A stretch of 63,794 bases of DNA, counting the filler. It is 4 parts of 4 records of this genome, joined end to end, with 100 filler letters (N's around TTAATTAATTAA, not from the genome) between each part and the next. Parts side by side here need not be neighbours in the genome. Positions count along the whole stretch, not along the records: positions 28,076 to 43,907 come from DRR723986_7124; positions 44,008 to 57,862 come from DRR723986_7126; 2 more parts are not named here. One strand, written 5' to 3'. Within the stretch, counting starts at the first letter, position 1. Every line of letters starts with the position of its first letter. A model generated the notes under the pieces. That model did not search any database and had not been told where the DNA came from. It saw only the letters and a list, made by a program, of their open reading frames with translations. A program made the translations under genes and the position numbers. Shown piece by piece: positions 39,422 to 49,870 of this stretch.

Positions 39422-40375
39422 ATGGCACGTGGAAGAGATGCGGGCAGTCCGGAAAAGATCCCGCCAATGGGCTGGCTGGATATCAGCTACCGGGTGTGGA
39501 ACGCGGTCCAGCGCGACCACATCGACCTGATTGCCGCCGGCGTTGCCTTCTACGGTCTTCTTGCGATCTTCCCGACCATAACTGCGTTCACGGCGCTGTC
39601 AGGGCTTGTGGTTGAACCTGTCGAAGTCAGCCGTCAGCTTGAAATTATCGAGAACTTTCTGCCGAAGGAGGCGTCGCAAATAATTCTGGCGCAGGCCGCA
39701 GATGTAGCAGGCAGCGAGAATGCGGGGCTCGGATTTGCCTTCGTCATCGGCCTGGGCATCGCGCTCTATTCCACCTCCAAGGGCATGGCCAGCCTCATGG
39801 AAGGACTTAATATCGCCTATGACGAGGTTGAGAAGCGGGGTTTCATTGCGCTGAAAGCCCGAACCTTCGTGATGACGATCCTGCTTGTTTTCGCTCTGGT
39901 GCTGGGGTTGGTGTCCGCCCTTCTCCTGCCGGTTGTCTTCAGTTATCTCGCCTTGCCGGACTGGTTGGAGAAGGTCCTGTCATCGGCCCGCTGGATCATC
40001 CTGGGATTTCTGACCGTCACCGGTCTTTCCTTCGTTTACAGGTTCGGGCCGTCTCGAACCGATGCCAAATGGAAATGGATCACGCCCGGTGCGGTCATCG
40101 CCTGCCTCTTGTGGCTTGCCGCGTCCTACGGATTTTCGGTCTATGTGGCGAACTTTGCCAGCTACAACAAAACGTTCGGCAGCCTTGCCGGTGTCATCAT
40201 CCTGCTGATGTGGCTCTGGATTTCGGCCTATATCATCTTGCTCGGGGCCGAATTGAATGGCGAGATGGAAGCGCAGACTCGCCGCGACAGCACCGTTGGT
40301 CCCGACCGGCCAATGGGCACACGCGGTGCCGTGAAGGCCGACATACTGGGCAAATCCATTGCAGGTGCCGAGTAG
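39422..40375 (+). CDS. YihY/BrkB family membrane protein
   Basis: AAGVAFYGLLAIFP, LNIAY, YRFGP, TPGA, YNKTFGSLAGVIILLMWLWIS. Confidence 0.9.
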   Translation: MARGRDAGSPEKIPPMGWLDISYRVWNAVQRDHIDLIAAGVAFYGLLAIFPTITAFTALSGLVVEPVEVSRQLEIIENFLPKEASQIILAQAADVAGSENAGLGFAFVIGLGIALYSTSKGMASLMEGLNIAYDEVEKRGFIALKARTFVMTILLVFALVLGLVSALLLPVVFSYLALPDWLEKVLSSARWIILGFLTVTGLSFVYRFGPSRTDAKWKWITPGAVIACLLWLAASYGFSVYVANFASYNKTFGSLAGVIILLMWLWISAYIILLGAELNGEMEAQTRRDSTVGPDRPMGTRGAVKADILGKSIAGAE

Positions 40376-40399
40376 AGGTGCGCGACGAGCGAAAAACGC

Positions 40400-41317
40400 T
40401 CACGCCTCCACCATATCGGCTCCTTTCGGTCTGCCGATGGAGCCTTGCAGCTCCTCCCGCAGCCAGTCGCCGAAAGCCTTCTTGGCCTTTGTCTGAGGGG
40501 CGTTTTTACCACTGACCAGCCAGTAGGCGCTGCCCGTGGCGGGGCGCTCGGGGAAGGGGGCAATCACCTGGCCGGACTTCACAGCATAAACCGCAAGCGT
40601 TTCCCAGGCCAGAAACACCCCGTGGCCGGCAATTGCCGCATCCAGGCACAGTGAACCGTCTGAAAAGGTCGGTCCGTCCTGCAGGATGCTCTCATCGAGG
40701 CCGAAGAGATCAAGCCAGGTTTTCCAGGTAAACATTTGTCCGGGGTCACGGATGATCGGCAGCTTGCCGATGTCCTTCGGCTCCTTGATCTGTCTGGCCA
40801 ACGCCGGGCTGCAGACGGGAAACACCCGCTGGTGCAGCAACTGCTCTGCCTTGACGCCCGGATAGGGTCCCTTGCCGACACGGATACACAGATCGACATC
40901 GCTCATGTCCGGATCGACCAGGTCCACCGTCGCTTCCACCCGAACCCGGATCCCCGGATGCATCTTGTTGAAGTTCTTGAGATGCCAAACCAGCCATTTT
41001 CCGGCGAAGACCGGGGCAACCGAAATCGTCAGCGCATCTTCCCGTCCGCGCTGGGTGGTGGCGATCGCGGTCGAAAGCGAGGACATGGCGCTGGTCAGAT
41101 GTGGCTGCATTGCAAGCACATGAGCGGTTGGCAACAGCATACGGTTCTGCCGCTCGAACAGCTGCACGCCAAGCTGGGCCTCGGTCTTGTGAACCTGCTG
41201 GCTGACGGCGCCCACGGTAACGCCAAGTTCGTCCGCGGCCGCCTTGACAGAGCCCAGCCGGGCGACGGCTTCCACGGCGCGAAGGCCGGAGAGGTGAATG
41301 CGATTGAGGTTTTTCAT
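40400..41317 (-). CDS. LysR-family regulator (GcvA-like)
   Basis: LRAVEAVARLGSVKAAADELGVTVGAVSQQ; DVDLCIRVG; FPVCSP. Confidence 0.9.
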   Translation of the reverse strand: MKNLNRIHLSGLRAVEAVARLGSVKAAADELGVTVGAVSQQVHKTEAQLGVQLFERQNRMLLPTAHVLAMQPHLTSAMSSLSTAIATTQRGREDALTISVAPVFAGKWLVWHLKNFNKMHPGIRVRVEATVDLVDPDMSDVDLCIRVGKGPYPGVKAEQLLHQRVFPVCSPALARQIKEPKDIGKLPIIRDPGQMFTWKTWLDLFGLDESILQDGPTFSDGSLCLDAAIAGHGVFLAWETLAVYAVKSGQVIAPFPERPATGSAYWLVSGKNAPQTKAKKAFGDWLREELQGSIGRPKGADMVEA

Positions 41318-41417
41318 TTTAGAAAAGCTAAACTGAAAATCAGAATAAGTCGATTTTTTTAGCGAGTAGTGGCGTCTATATAAGGAGCATAGCTAAATTC
41401 AAAGAAGGAATTTGGCC

Positions 41418-41588
41418 ATGCAAAGAACAATAATAAGGAGAATGAAACTCATGATGAAACTGTTTATGCGCCGACACCTGACGGCTCGTCCGGCTTCCGC
41501 ATATGACCGCACCGACCCGATGTCCCATCCGGCAATCGTGCGCATGTCCCAGCGTGAACTGGCCGACCTTCCGCTCAACCGGCGCTAA
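41418..41588 (+). CDS. Unannotated 56-aa small protein, DUF1127-like C-terminus, divergent from LysR
   Basis: Manual translation MQRTIIRRMKLMMKLFMRRHLTARPASAYDRTDPMSHPAIVRMSQRELADLPLNRR; AAGGA upstream; terminator downstream; below the ORF-track cutoff. Confidence 0.65.
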   Translation: MQRTIIRRMKLMMKLFMRRHLTARPASAYDRTDPMSHPAIVRMSQRELADLPLNRR

Positions 41589-41674
41589 GGCTGAAGACCG
41601 GCTGAAAGGCCGGTCCCCAAACCTTCCGATCGACCCACCGCAAGGACAGGCCGGTTGGACAAGACTTCCAAACC

Positions 41675-41713
41675 AGAAAACGGCGCCTGGGCGGCAAGCC
41701 CGGCGCCGTTTCT
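41675..41713. terminator. Hairpin terminator between the small protein and the tautomerase
   Basis: AAACGGCGCC...GGCGCCGTTT inverted repeat. Confidence 0.6.
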
Positions 41714-41796
41714 GTCTTTGGGAGGCAATCCCGCATTTTAGTGCGTTCGCTATCTTGCCTGGTGATCAGGTCGACCGGCTTCCTGTCCGGTTCGGA

Positions 41797-42201
41797 TCAG
41801 ACGGCGACCGGTTGCCTGTCGGCATATTGCGCGACGCCATGGCCGAACGACCAGTTCTCAAGCCTTGTCTCGACCAGGTTGATGAAGATGTCTTCGGAAC
41901 GGATGCCGACTTCGCGGGCCAGGCCCTTTGCGATCCGGGCGAACAGCGCTTTCTTCTGGTCGACGCTGCGCGTATCGCTGACGGTCAGCTGGATGATGAT
42001 CAGATCATCCGACCGGTCGATATTCATGAAGTGGCGACCGAACAGGAAATCTTCGCGTGGATGTTCGGTGATCATCATGAACTTGTCGTCCTGCGGCACG
42101 CCGAAGGTCTCGCGCATTGCCTGATAGATCTCGTCCAGGATTGCTGATTTCTGTGCAGCGGTCCTGGAGCCTTTCAGCAGGGAAACATTGGTAAGCGGCA
42201 T
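41797..42201 (-). CDS. Tautomerase-family protein (Pro1 catalytic; 4-OT/MSAD-like)
   Basis: GGAGG RBS then MPLTNVSL; RSVDQKKALF, NWSFGHG.AQY. Confidence 0.85.
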   Translation of the reverse strand: MPLTNVSLLKGSRTAAQKSAILDEIYQAMRETFGVPQDDKFMMITEHPREDFLFGRHFMNIDRSDDLIIIQLTVSDTRSVDQKKALFARIAKGLAREVGIRSEDIFINLVETRLENWSFGHGVAQYADRQPVAV

Positions 42202-42303
42202 CTTGTCCTCCGTCATTCGGTGATGCTGCCAACCTTATTGCGGCACCAAAGATAACAGAAACAAATCTTTGATATTTCAAAAATCATAAATTAGAATGAT
42301 TGC

Positions 42304-43143
42304 ATGACCGATCTCGACATGGATCTCTTGCGCGCTTTTGTTCGAGTTGCCGAAACAGGCAGCTTTACCCGGGCAGGGCAGATGACGGGGGCAAGCCAGT
42401 CTGCTGTCAGCGTCAAGATCAAGAAACTGGAAGACCGTCTCGGCAGCGCCTTGCTCAGCCGATCGCCCCGGTCCGTCCGGTTGACGAGCTTCGGTGCTCG
42501 TTTTTTAAGTGACGCCCGCAGTCTGATCGACCTGCATGACAGGGTGACGGCCCGCGTTTCAGGTCCTTCCGTTCAAAAGCGGCTTCGGTGCGGTATCAGC
42601 GATCACGCCGCGGGAGACCGCCTCCCGGAGATTATCGCCTCCCTCAGCAAGGCCTTGCCGGAACATCGTCTCCATGTTGCGGTCGGTTATTCCGATACGC
42701 TGTACAATGACTTCAAGGCAGGTCTGTTCAGCGCGATCATGGTGCGCTCCGAGGACGTCGAGGGCACGGGTCATGTGGCTTTCGAGGAAAATCTCGTCTG
42801 GACTGCCGCCAGGGATTTCACCTGGGAAACCGGTACCCCGTTCCCCTTGGTGGCGCTTTCGGAAACCTGCGCCCTCCGCCGCCTGGCAACTGGCACGCTC
42901 AAGGATGCAGGGATCGCTTTTGAAGACGCCTTCACCGGCACCGGTGTCGGTGCCATACAGGGGGCCGTCAGCGCAGGGCTCGGCATTGCCTGTCTCGACC
43001 GGCGAAATATTCCGGAGGGATGCCGCGAAGTCGGGGAACTCTATCGGCTGCCCGAATTGCCGAAAACAAGGATGACGCTCTTCTGCCGGGAAGACCCGAC
43101 AATTGTTTCGGCTATCCTTCAGGTCTTCCGGGATGCGGCGTAA
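42304..43143 (+). CDS. LysR-family regulator divergent from the tautomerase
   Basis: LDMDLLRAFVRVAETGSFTRAG...QSAVS..IKKLED. Confidence 0.9.
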   Translation: MTDLDMDLLRAFVRVAETGSFTRAGQMTGASQSAVSVKIKKLEDRLGSALLSRSPRSVRLTSFGARFLSDARSLIDLHDRVTARVSGPSVQKRLRCGISDHAAGDRLPEIIASLSKALPEHRLHVAVGYSDTLYNDFKAGLFSAIMVRSEDVEGTGHVAFEENLVWTAARDFTWETGTPFPLVALSETCALRRLATGTLKDAGIAFEDAFTGTGVGAIQGAVSAGLGIACLDRRNIPEGCREVGELYRLPELPKTRMTLFCREDPTIVSAILQVFRDAA

Positions 43144-43185
43144 GCGCTCTCCCGGGGCGTGTTGATCAGCTCAGAAACGAGCTGA

Positions 43186-43770
43186 TCAGGCCTTCTTCAC
43201 GAACTCTGTCAGGATGACGATCCGCTGATCGTTCACGCGGCCTTCGATCTGGGTGGCATTGTCCGCAACAAGGGAGATGTTGCGCACTGCAGTGCCGCGC
43301 TTGGCGGTGAAGTTGGCGCCCTTGACCTTGAGATCCTTGATCAAGGTCACCGTGTCGCCAGCGGCAAGAATGGCGCCGTGCGTATCCTTGTGGATCACGC
43401 CGTCGTCACCTTCGCCCGCGCTGCCGCCAAGGCCGGCCTTGGCCCAGGCAAGCGTTTCGTCGTCCAGATACAGCATGTCCAGAAGATCGCGAGCCCGGCT
43501 TTCGTCCCGCATTCTTGAAAGCATGCGGTAGGCGACAACCTGAACCGGGGGAACCTGGCTCCAGGCGGCTTCGTTGAGACAGAGCCAATGCTTCGGGTCG
43601 ATATCGGCGGCACCTGAAATCTGGTCGGCACATGTGGCGCAGGCCAGAACCGCCATTTCGGCCGTGCCATCCGTATCGGGGCCGACATCCAGCGGCCGCA
43701 GAGCTTCGGTAGCGCCGCAGAACTCGCAAGCGTTGCCGGCGCGGTCGGAAAGGGTCTGTTCAATACTCAT
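43186..43770 (-). CDS. PhnA/YjdM zinc-ribbon domain protein
   Basis: CEFC and CATC; C-terminal GDTVTLIKDLKVKGANFTAKRGTAVRNI...TEFVKK. Confidence 0.85.
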   Translation of the reverse strand: MSIEQTLSDRAGNACEFCGATEALRPLDVGPDTDGTAEMAVLACATCADQISGAADIDPKHWLCLNEAAWSQVPPVQVVAYRMLSRMRDESRARDLLDMLYLDDETLAWAKAGLGGSAGEGDDGVIHKDTHGAILAAGDTVTLIKDLKVKGANFTAKRGTAVRNISLVADNATQIEGRVNDQRIVILTEFVKKA

Positions 43771-43813
43771 GGCAAGGCCTTGCTGGGATTGGCGCGGTGC
43801 GCCAATCGGTTTC

Positions 43814-43907
43814 TCACTCGTCCATCTTCAGGGCCTGGATAAAGGCTTCCTGCGGGATCTCGACCTTGCCGAACTGACGCATCTTCTTCTTGCCGGCCTT
43901 CTGCTTC
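43814..43907 (-). CDS. lepA: Elongation factor 4, 3' end only
   Basis: Manual translation [30 protein letters not shown], the canonical LepA C-terminus. Confidence 0.9.
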
Positions 43908-44007
43908 NNNNNNNNNNNNNNNNNNNNNNNNNNNNNNNNNNNNNNNNNNNNTTAATTAATTAANNNNNNNNNNNNNNNNNNNNNNNNNNNNNNNNNNNNN
44001 NNNNNNN
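43908..44007. other. Artificial contig linker
   Basis: Ns flanking TTAATTAATTAA. Confidence 0.98.
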
Positions 44008-44715
44008 CTTGCCGCCCTTGGTCATGCGGAAGATCTTCGGCATCGGCCAGGCCGGCGTATAGCTTTCGAGACGCTCGACCGCGCGCGGGCTGAGGATAAG
44101 CATGCCATGTGCAGCTTCCCCGCCCAGCACTTTCTGCCAGGAGAAGGTAACGACGTCGAGTTTGTCGAACGCAAGGTCCTGCGCAAATGCGGCGGAAGTC
44201 GCGTCGCAGATGGTCAGGCCTTCGCGATCGGCCGGGATCCAGTCGCCGTTGGGAACACGGACGCCGGAAGTGGTGCCGTTCCAGGTGAAAACAACGTCCT
44301 TGGAGAAATCGACCGAGGCAAGATCCGGCAGTTCGCCGTAAGGCGCTTCCAGGACCCGGGCATCATCGAGCTTGAGCTGTTTGATGACGTCGGTAACCCA
44401 GCCGGAGCCGAAGCTTTCCCAGGCGAGCATTTCGACGCCACGTGCACCGAGCAGCGACCAGAGCGCCATCTCGACAGCGCCGGTGTCGGACGCCGGGACG
44501 ATACCGATTCGATATCCGTCCGGCACGTTCAGCACCTTGCGGGTCAACTCGATGGCTTCGGCAAGTTTGGCCTTGCCGGGCTTGGCGCGGTGAGACCGCC
44601 CGAGCGGCGCATCGCCCAAGGCCTCAAGCGACCAGCCGGGACGCTTGGCACAGGGACCAGAAGAAAAATTGGGATTGGCCGGACGCACGTCCGGCTTGGC
44701 GGTGAGGTCTGTCAT
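44008..44715 (-). CDS. serC: Phosphoserine aminotransferase (alphaproteobacterial type), 3' truncated
   Basis: [51 protein letters not shown]. Confidence 0.95.
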
Positions 44716-44772
44716 ATCTGTCTACCCTCGCAGATAGTTGCCTCTCGTTGGGGAGAGGTGGCCCACCTATGG
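44716..44772 (-). ncRNA. serC leader RNA element (cis-regulatory)
   Basis: Minus strand GGTGGGCCA-CCTCTC-CCCAAC-GAGAGG-CAAC-TATCTG-CGAGGGTAGA-CAGATA-TG: two hairpins, the second covering the RBS, as in the alphaproteobacterial serC leader. Confidence 0.7.
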
Positions 44773-44943
44773 GGATAGGACCTTCCTGACCTTTGGTCAA
44801 TTCAAATCACGGGTGAACGGATAAATTCGGTCACGCCCCCTCGCCTTCCGGAAGCGTTCTCTCAGACAAGCCACCCGCACCTGAAATCAGGATTGGCTTC
44901 GCTTGGTTCAAGAGAACTCAAGGGAAAGTGTGGGCGCAAACAG

Positions 44944-44972
44944 GAAAAGGCCGGTCGATTGACCGGCCTTTC
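44944..44972 (-). terminator. Intrinsic terminator after the OMP gene
   Basis: GAAAAGGCCGGTC-GATT-GACCGGCCTTTC. Confidence 0.7.
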
Positions 44973-44991
44973 AAATTCGCTGATCGGAAGA

Positions 44992-45816
44992 TCAGAAGTT
45001 GCTGGTGATCGGACCCTGCGGCTCGTAGTAGACCGGGCCGGCCGGGGCAGCGTTCCGACCGAAGCTATAACGGACGCCCAACCGGATTTCCTGTGCTGTG
45101 AGATCATCCCATTCAACACGAGAATCAGGGCTGGCGGTGTTCTGAAGCTTCAGAGTTTTTGCCTTGCCCAAGTCTCTATACTGGTAACCTGCGTCAATCG
45201 ACCAGTTGTCAGTGACTGCATAAGAAGCACCTGCCATCAGTGCCCAAGCAAAATTCCATTCACCGTTGTCGCCGCTGTAGTTAAAGCGCCCGGTAGCAGG
45301 GTCGATCGAGTATGTATCGCTGGTGCGGACATACGCTGCACCGATACCAGCACCAACATACGGCGTGATTCGATTCCAGGTACCGATATCAACATAACCG
45401 TTCAGCATTACAGTCCAGACGTCGATATCCGTACCTTCGGTAGTGTACCCGCCAGTACATGAGGTCAAACACGCCGCGTAACCTTTGACCCCAGCTCTAG
45501 TTTCGTAATCCAGCGTAACATCTGACCTAAAGTAATCGTTGAACTGGTAACCAACACCAACGCCGATCATCCATGCGTTGTCCATGCTTTCGCGCTCGAA
45601 CCGAAGTTCGCGAAGGTTTCCATAGTCGTTGAAGCTACCACTAGGGTCGCCGTAGATCTTGTAACCAATATCACCCCGTAGATAGAGACCGCCACCAACG
45701 GCCGGGACTTCCGGGATGTGCTCGATGACCGGGGTTGGCAAATCCGCGGCATATGCAGCAGTGGAAAGCGCAACAGCAAAGCCGGTCAAAGACAAACGCT
45801 TAAAGAAATTGTCCAT
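44992..45816 (-). CDS. Outer-membrane beta-barrel protein (Omp25/RopB/opacity-like)
   Basis: Signal AYA-ADLP; LYLRGDIGY, GVGYQF, NGYVD, TPYVGAGIG, FAWALMAGASY, IDAGYQY, EIRLGVRYSF. Confidence 0.88.
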   Translation of the reverse strand: MDNFFKRLSLTGFAVALSTAAYAADLPTPVIEHIPEVPAVGGGLYLRGDIGYKIYGDPSGSFNDYGNLRELRFERESMDNAWMIGVGVGYQFNDYFRSDVTLDYETRAGVKGYAACLTSCTGGYTTEGTDIDVWTVMLNGYVDIGTWNRITPYVGAGIGAAYVRTSDTYSIDPATGRFNYSGDNGEWNFAWALMAGASYAVTDNWSIDAGYQYRDLGKAKTLKLQNTASPDSRVEWDDLTAQEIRLGVRYSFGRNAAPAGPVYYEPQGPITSNF

Positions 45817-45896
45817 GTCCTCGTCCTTTTCCAGTGAGCGTCCGCGTTAACCAATGCCGGACACATCAAACTTGAAAGCATACTGACGGGAATTCA

Positions 45897-45955
45897 TTAA
45901 TTGTGACTTAACTCTGTTCTTTAACCGCGTTTTTTTACCTTAAGGAAACCTTAAC
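45897..45955. promoter_or_regulatory. Two CtrA boxes upstream of the OMP gene
   Basis: TTAA-TTGTGAC-TTAAC (45897-45912) and TTAA-GGAAACC-TTAAC (45940-45955), both perfect TTAA-N7-TTAAC. Confidence 0.7.
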
Positions 45956-46199
45956 AGCCGAAGAAACGTCGAAAGATCAGAAACAGGCCTGCAAAATTAT
46001 CAGGCAGGCCGGGGACATAGCTGCCAGAGCCGCTTGTTGTCATCCAGGTCAAATGAAACACGATGCGGACCCGGGAGGCCACCTGTCGCCACGTTTTCAT
46101 GAACTTGTTAGGACTTCCCGAGAAAGTGGCATCCAGTCGCCCTGTCCAGAAGCTGTATTCCAGGTGTCATCCGGGGGTGTCCGCGGATAAGGGTGCAAT

Positions 46200-46229
46200 A
46201 AAAAAGCCGCCTCAAATGGGCGGCTTTTC
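46200..46229 (-). terminator. Intrinsic terminator after glmM
   Basis: AAAAAAGCCGCC-TCAAATG-GGCGGCTTTT. Confidence 0.75.
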
Positions 46230-46251
46230 TTATCACTTTTTGCCTCGCCGA

Positions 46252-47598
46252 TCAGGCCGCGGTTGTTGCCACCACGCCGGCGATATCATTGACCACCTGC
46301 TTGACCAGCTCCGCATCGTCGCCTTCCGCCATCACGCGGATCAACGGTTCGGTGCCGGAAGCTCGAATCACGAGGCGGCCGGAATTGCCAAGGCGGGCTT
46401 CGCCATCCTCGATCGCGGATTTGACCAGATCCTGCTCAAGCGGCTTGCCGCCCTTGTAGCGCACATTCTTGAGGATCTGCGGTACGGGCTCGAACCTGCG
46501 GCAGACTTCCGACACGGGCTTGTCCTGATCCTTGACGCACGCAAGAACCTGCAGGCCCGCGATCAGGCCGTCGCCGGTTGTGGCAAAGTCGGACAGGACG
46601 ATATGGCCGGACTGCTCGCCGCCGACATTGTAGCCGTTGGCACGCATATGCTCGACCACATAGCGGTCACCGACCTTGGTCCGGGCAAGGCCCAGCCCGA
46701 GGCTCTGAAGGTATCGCTCCAGCCCGAGATTGGACATGACCGTCGCCACGATCCCGGGCGCGGACAGGCGGTTGCTTTGCTGCCAGGACTGCGCCACCAC
46801 GGCCATCAGCTGGTCGCCATCCACCACTGAGCCGTTTTCATCGACGATGATGACCCGATCCGCATCCCCATCGAGCGCAATGCCGATGTCGGCGCGTACT
46901 TCATGCACCTTGCGGGACAAGGCATCGGTCGACGTCGAGCCGCATTCCTTGTTGATGTTGAAGCCATCCGGCGTGACACCCATGGTGATCACATCCGCAC
47001 CCAGCTCCCACAACGCCTCGGGCGCGACCTTGTAGGCAGCCCCGTTGGCGCAATCAATGACGACGCGCAGACCTTCCAGGCTCATTTCCCTTGGCAGCGT
47101 CCGCTTGGCAAATTCGATGTAGCGCTGCTGCGCACCGTCGATCCGCTTTGCACGGCCTAGCTCGCTGGCGCTCGGCAGGCGGGATGTCAGGTCGCTTTCC
47201 ATCAGCTCTTCGATCGTCTTTTCGATCTGGTCGCTAAGCTTGAAGCCATCCGGGCCGAAGAACTTGATGCCGTTGTCCTGGAACGGATTGTGCGAGGCAG
47301 AGATCATCACACCGAGATCGGTTCTGAGCGAGCGTGTGAGCATCGCGACCGCGGGCGTCGGCAGCGGGCCCAGCAGGAACACATCCATGCCGACCGAAGT
47401 GAAGCCTGCCACGAGGGCGTTTTCCAGCATGTAGCCGGAAAGGCGGGTGTCCTTGCCGATAACCACCCGGTGGCGGTGCCCGCCATTCTTGAAAGCCAAC
47501 CCGGCGGCCATGCCAACCTTCAGCGCCATCTCGGCGGTCATGGGATAGCTGTTCGCCTGACCGCGGATGCCGTCGGTGCCGAAAAACTTGCGCATCAA
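46252..47598 (-). CDS. glmM: Phosphoglucosamine mutase
   Basis: [44 protein letters not shown]. Confidence 0.96.
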   Translation of the reverse strand: MMRKFFGTDGIRGQANSYPMTAEMALKVGMAAGLAFKNGGHRHRVVIGKDTRLSGYMLENALVAGFTSVGMDVFLLGPLPTPAVAMLTRSLRTDLGVMISASHNPFQDNGIKFFGPDGFKLSDQIEKTIEELMESDLTSRLPSASELGRAKRIDGAQQRYIEFAKRTLPREMSLEGLRVVIDCANGAAYKVAPEALWELGADVITMGVTPDGFNINKECGSTSTDALSRKVHEVRADIGIALDGDADRVIIVDENGSVVDGDQLMAVVAQSWQQSNRLSAPGIVATVMSNLGLERYLQSLGLGLARTKVGDRYVVEHMRANGYNVGGEQSGHIVLSDFATTGDGLIAGLQVLACVKDQDKPVSEVCRRFEPVPQILKNVRYKGGKPLEQDLVKSAIEDGEARLGNSGRLVIRASGTEPLIRVMAEGDDAELVKQVVNDIAGVVATTAA

Positions 47599-47781
47599 AT
47601 ATGCCTTGCTGATCTATCTGTCTTGGTTGCGCTCTTTGTAACGCAATCAGCCGAAGTCACGATTCAAAATATGTGAGCAATTGTTACCATTCCCTGATGG
47701 CTGGCAACCCTGTTCTTTCACCGCAAACGAAGATGCCCGGCGCAGGCCGGGCATCTGGGTTGTTCAGAATATCGGAACCGA

Positions 47782-49701
47782 TCAGGACTGCGGCTGCGGC
47801 TCCATGCCACCGCTGGCCTCGTCGCCGCCACGCTTGGCACCGGCGGTCGGTACCGCGGACGACCGGCCGACCGGCTGGTCGTCGTCCGTGTCGCGCACCG
47901 GCGGCTTGCCATCGAGCAGACCCTTGATCTCGTCACCCGACAGGGTTTCGTACTCCAGGAGACCCTTGGCGATCGTATGCAACTGGTCTTCGTGGTCGCC
48001 CAGGATCTTCTTCGCGGTTTCATAGCCCTGGTTGACGAAGGACTTGATTTCCGCATCGACGATCTTCTGGGTTTCATCGGAAACGTGCTGGTTCTTTGCC
48101 ACGGAGTGTCCCAGGAACACTTCTTCCTGGTTTTCACCGTAAAGCAGCGGACCGAGCTTGTCTGACATGCCGAACTGGGTCGCCATCGCGCGGGCCAGCT
48201 TGGTGGCCATCTGGATGTCGCCGGACGCGCCCGATGTCACTTTCTCGTAGCCGAAGATCATTTCTTCGGCGACGCGGCCACCCATGGCAACAGCAAGGTC
48301 GGCCTTGCACTTGGCGCGGGTGAGCGACACCTGGTCCTTCTCCGGCAGGCGCATGACCATGCCAAGCGCACGTCCACGCGGAATGATGGTCGCCTTGTGG
48401 ATCGGATCGGAAGCTTCCTGGTGCAGAGCCACCAGCGCGTGACCGGCTTCGTGATAGGCGGTCAGCTTCTTTTCTTCCTCGGTCATCACCAGCGTGCGGC
48501 GTTCCGCACCCATCATGACCTTGTCCTTGGCGTCTTCGAACTCTGCCATGGTCACCAGTCGCTTGGAGCGGCGGGCAGCCAGAAGCGCGGCTTCGTTGAC
48601 AAGGTTCATCAGGTCCGCACCGGAGAAGCCCGGGGTACCGCGTGCCAGCGTCTTGACATCGACATCCGGTGCCAGCGGAACTTTCCGCATGTGCACTTTC
48701 AGGATCTTTTCGCGGCCGGTGATATCCGGGTTCGGCACAACGATCTGGCGGTCGAAACGGCCCGGGCGCAGCAGCGCCGGGTCCAGAACGTCCGGCCGGT
48801 TGGTCGCGGCGATGATGATGATGCCTTCGTTCGGCTCGAAACCGTCCATCTCGACCAGCAGCTGGTTGAGCGTCTGTTCGCGCTCGTCGTTACCGCCGCC
48901 GAGACCGGCGCCACGATGACGGCCGACCGCGTCGATTTCGTCGATGAAGATGATGCACGGAGCATTCTTCTTGGCCTGTTCGAACATGTCGCGGACGCGG
49001 GACGCACCCACACCTACGAACATTTCCACGAAGTCGGAACCGGAAATGGTGAAGAACGGGACGTTGGCTTCGCCGGCGACCGCACGCGCGGTCAGCGTCT
49101 TACCGGTACCCGGAGGGCCAACCAGCAGTACACCGCGCGGGATCCGGCCACCAAGACGCTGGAACTTCTGCGGGTCGCGCAGAAACTCGACGATTTCCTG
49201 AAGGTCTTCCTTGGCTTCGTCGATACCGGCCACGTCCTCGAAGGTTACCCGGCCGTGTGCCTCGGTCAGCAGCTTCGCCTTGGACTTGCCGAAGCCCATG
49301 GCCTTGCCGCCGGAACCCTGCATCTGGCGCATGACGAAAATCCAGATACCCAGGATGATCAGCATCGGCAGCCAGGAGAACAGCGCACCAAGCAACGGAG
49401 AGCTTTCCGCCGGCGGGCGGGCATTGATCAAGACGCCCTTGCTGCGCAGCTCATCGACATATTGCGCGCCGTCAGGAGCGTAGGTCTGGAAGGCACTGCC
49501 ACTGCTGTAGGTACCGGTGATCTTCTGTTCCTGAATGATGACCGATCGGATCTCGCCGTTGTCGACCTGCTTCATGAAGTCCGAATAAGCAATGTCATTC
49601 GTTGCGCCATGCTGCGCGGGACTTTGAAAAAGCTGGAACAATGCGATCAATAGCAGGGCGATGATCACCCAGAGAGCGAAGTTGCGAAAATGTGCGTTCA
49701 T
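47782..49701 (-). CDS. ftsH: ATP-dependent zinc metalloprotease FtsH
   Basis: [38 protein letters not shown]. Confidence 0.98.
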   Translation of the reverse strand: MNAHFRNFALWVIIALLLIALFQLFQSPAQHGATNDIAYSDFMKQVDNGEIRSVIIQEQKITGTYSSGSAFQTYAPDGAQYVDELRSKGVLINARPPAESSPLLGALFSWLPMLIILGIWIFVMRQMQGSGGKAMGFGKSKAKLLTEAHGRVTFEDVAGIDEAKEDLQEIVEFLRDPQKFQRLGGRIPRGVLLVGPPGTGKTLTARAVAGEANVPFFTISGSDFVEMFVGVGASRVRDMFEQAKKNAPCIIFIDEIDAVGRHRGAGLGGGNDEREQTLNQLLVEMDGFEPNEGIIIIAATNRPDVLDPALLRPGRFDRQIVVPNPDITGREKILKVHMRKVPLAPDVDVKTLARGTPGFSGADLMNLVNEAALLAARRSKRLVTMAEFEDAKDKVMMGAERRTLVMTEEEKKLTAYHEAGHALVALHQEASDPIHKATIIPRGRALGMVMRLPEKDQVSLTRAKCKADLAVAMGGRVAEEMIFGYEKVTSGASGDIQMATKLARAMATQFGMSDKLGPLLYGENQEEVFLGHSVAKNQHVSDETQKIVDAEIKSFVNQGYETAKKILGDHEDQLHTIAKGLLEYETLSGDEIKGLLDGKPPVRDTDDDQPVGRSSAVPTAGAKRGGDEASGGMEPQPQS

Positions 49702-49760
49702 TTCGTTTCCTTAACCGCCCAACGCGACTAACTGCACGCGGTTACGTTTCTTTAGAGCGA

Positions 49761-49789
49761 AGATAGGTCGCCCAAAGCCCGCTGCCAAG
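49761..49789 (-). promoter_or_regulatory. Putative RpoH (sigma32) promoter of ftsH
   Basis: Minus strand CTTGGC-N16-CCTATCT, resembling the alphaproteobacterial CTTG...CCTATAT consensus. Confidence 0.5.
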
Positions 49790-49870
49790 GCGGTGCGCCA
49801 TAGTTGCGCAGATGCGCTGACTATTTTCTTAAGCACGGACCTCTAACAGATGTTCCAGATGGGGAAAACC

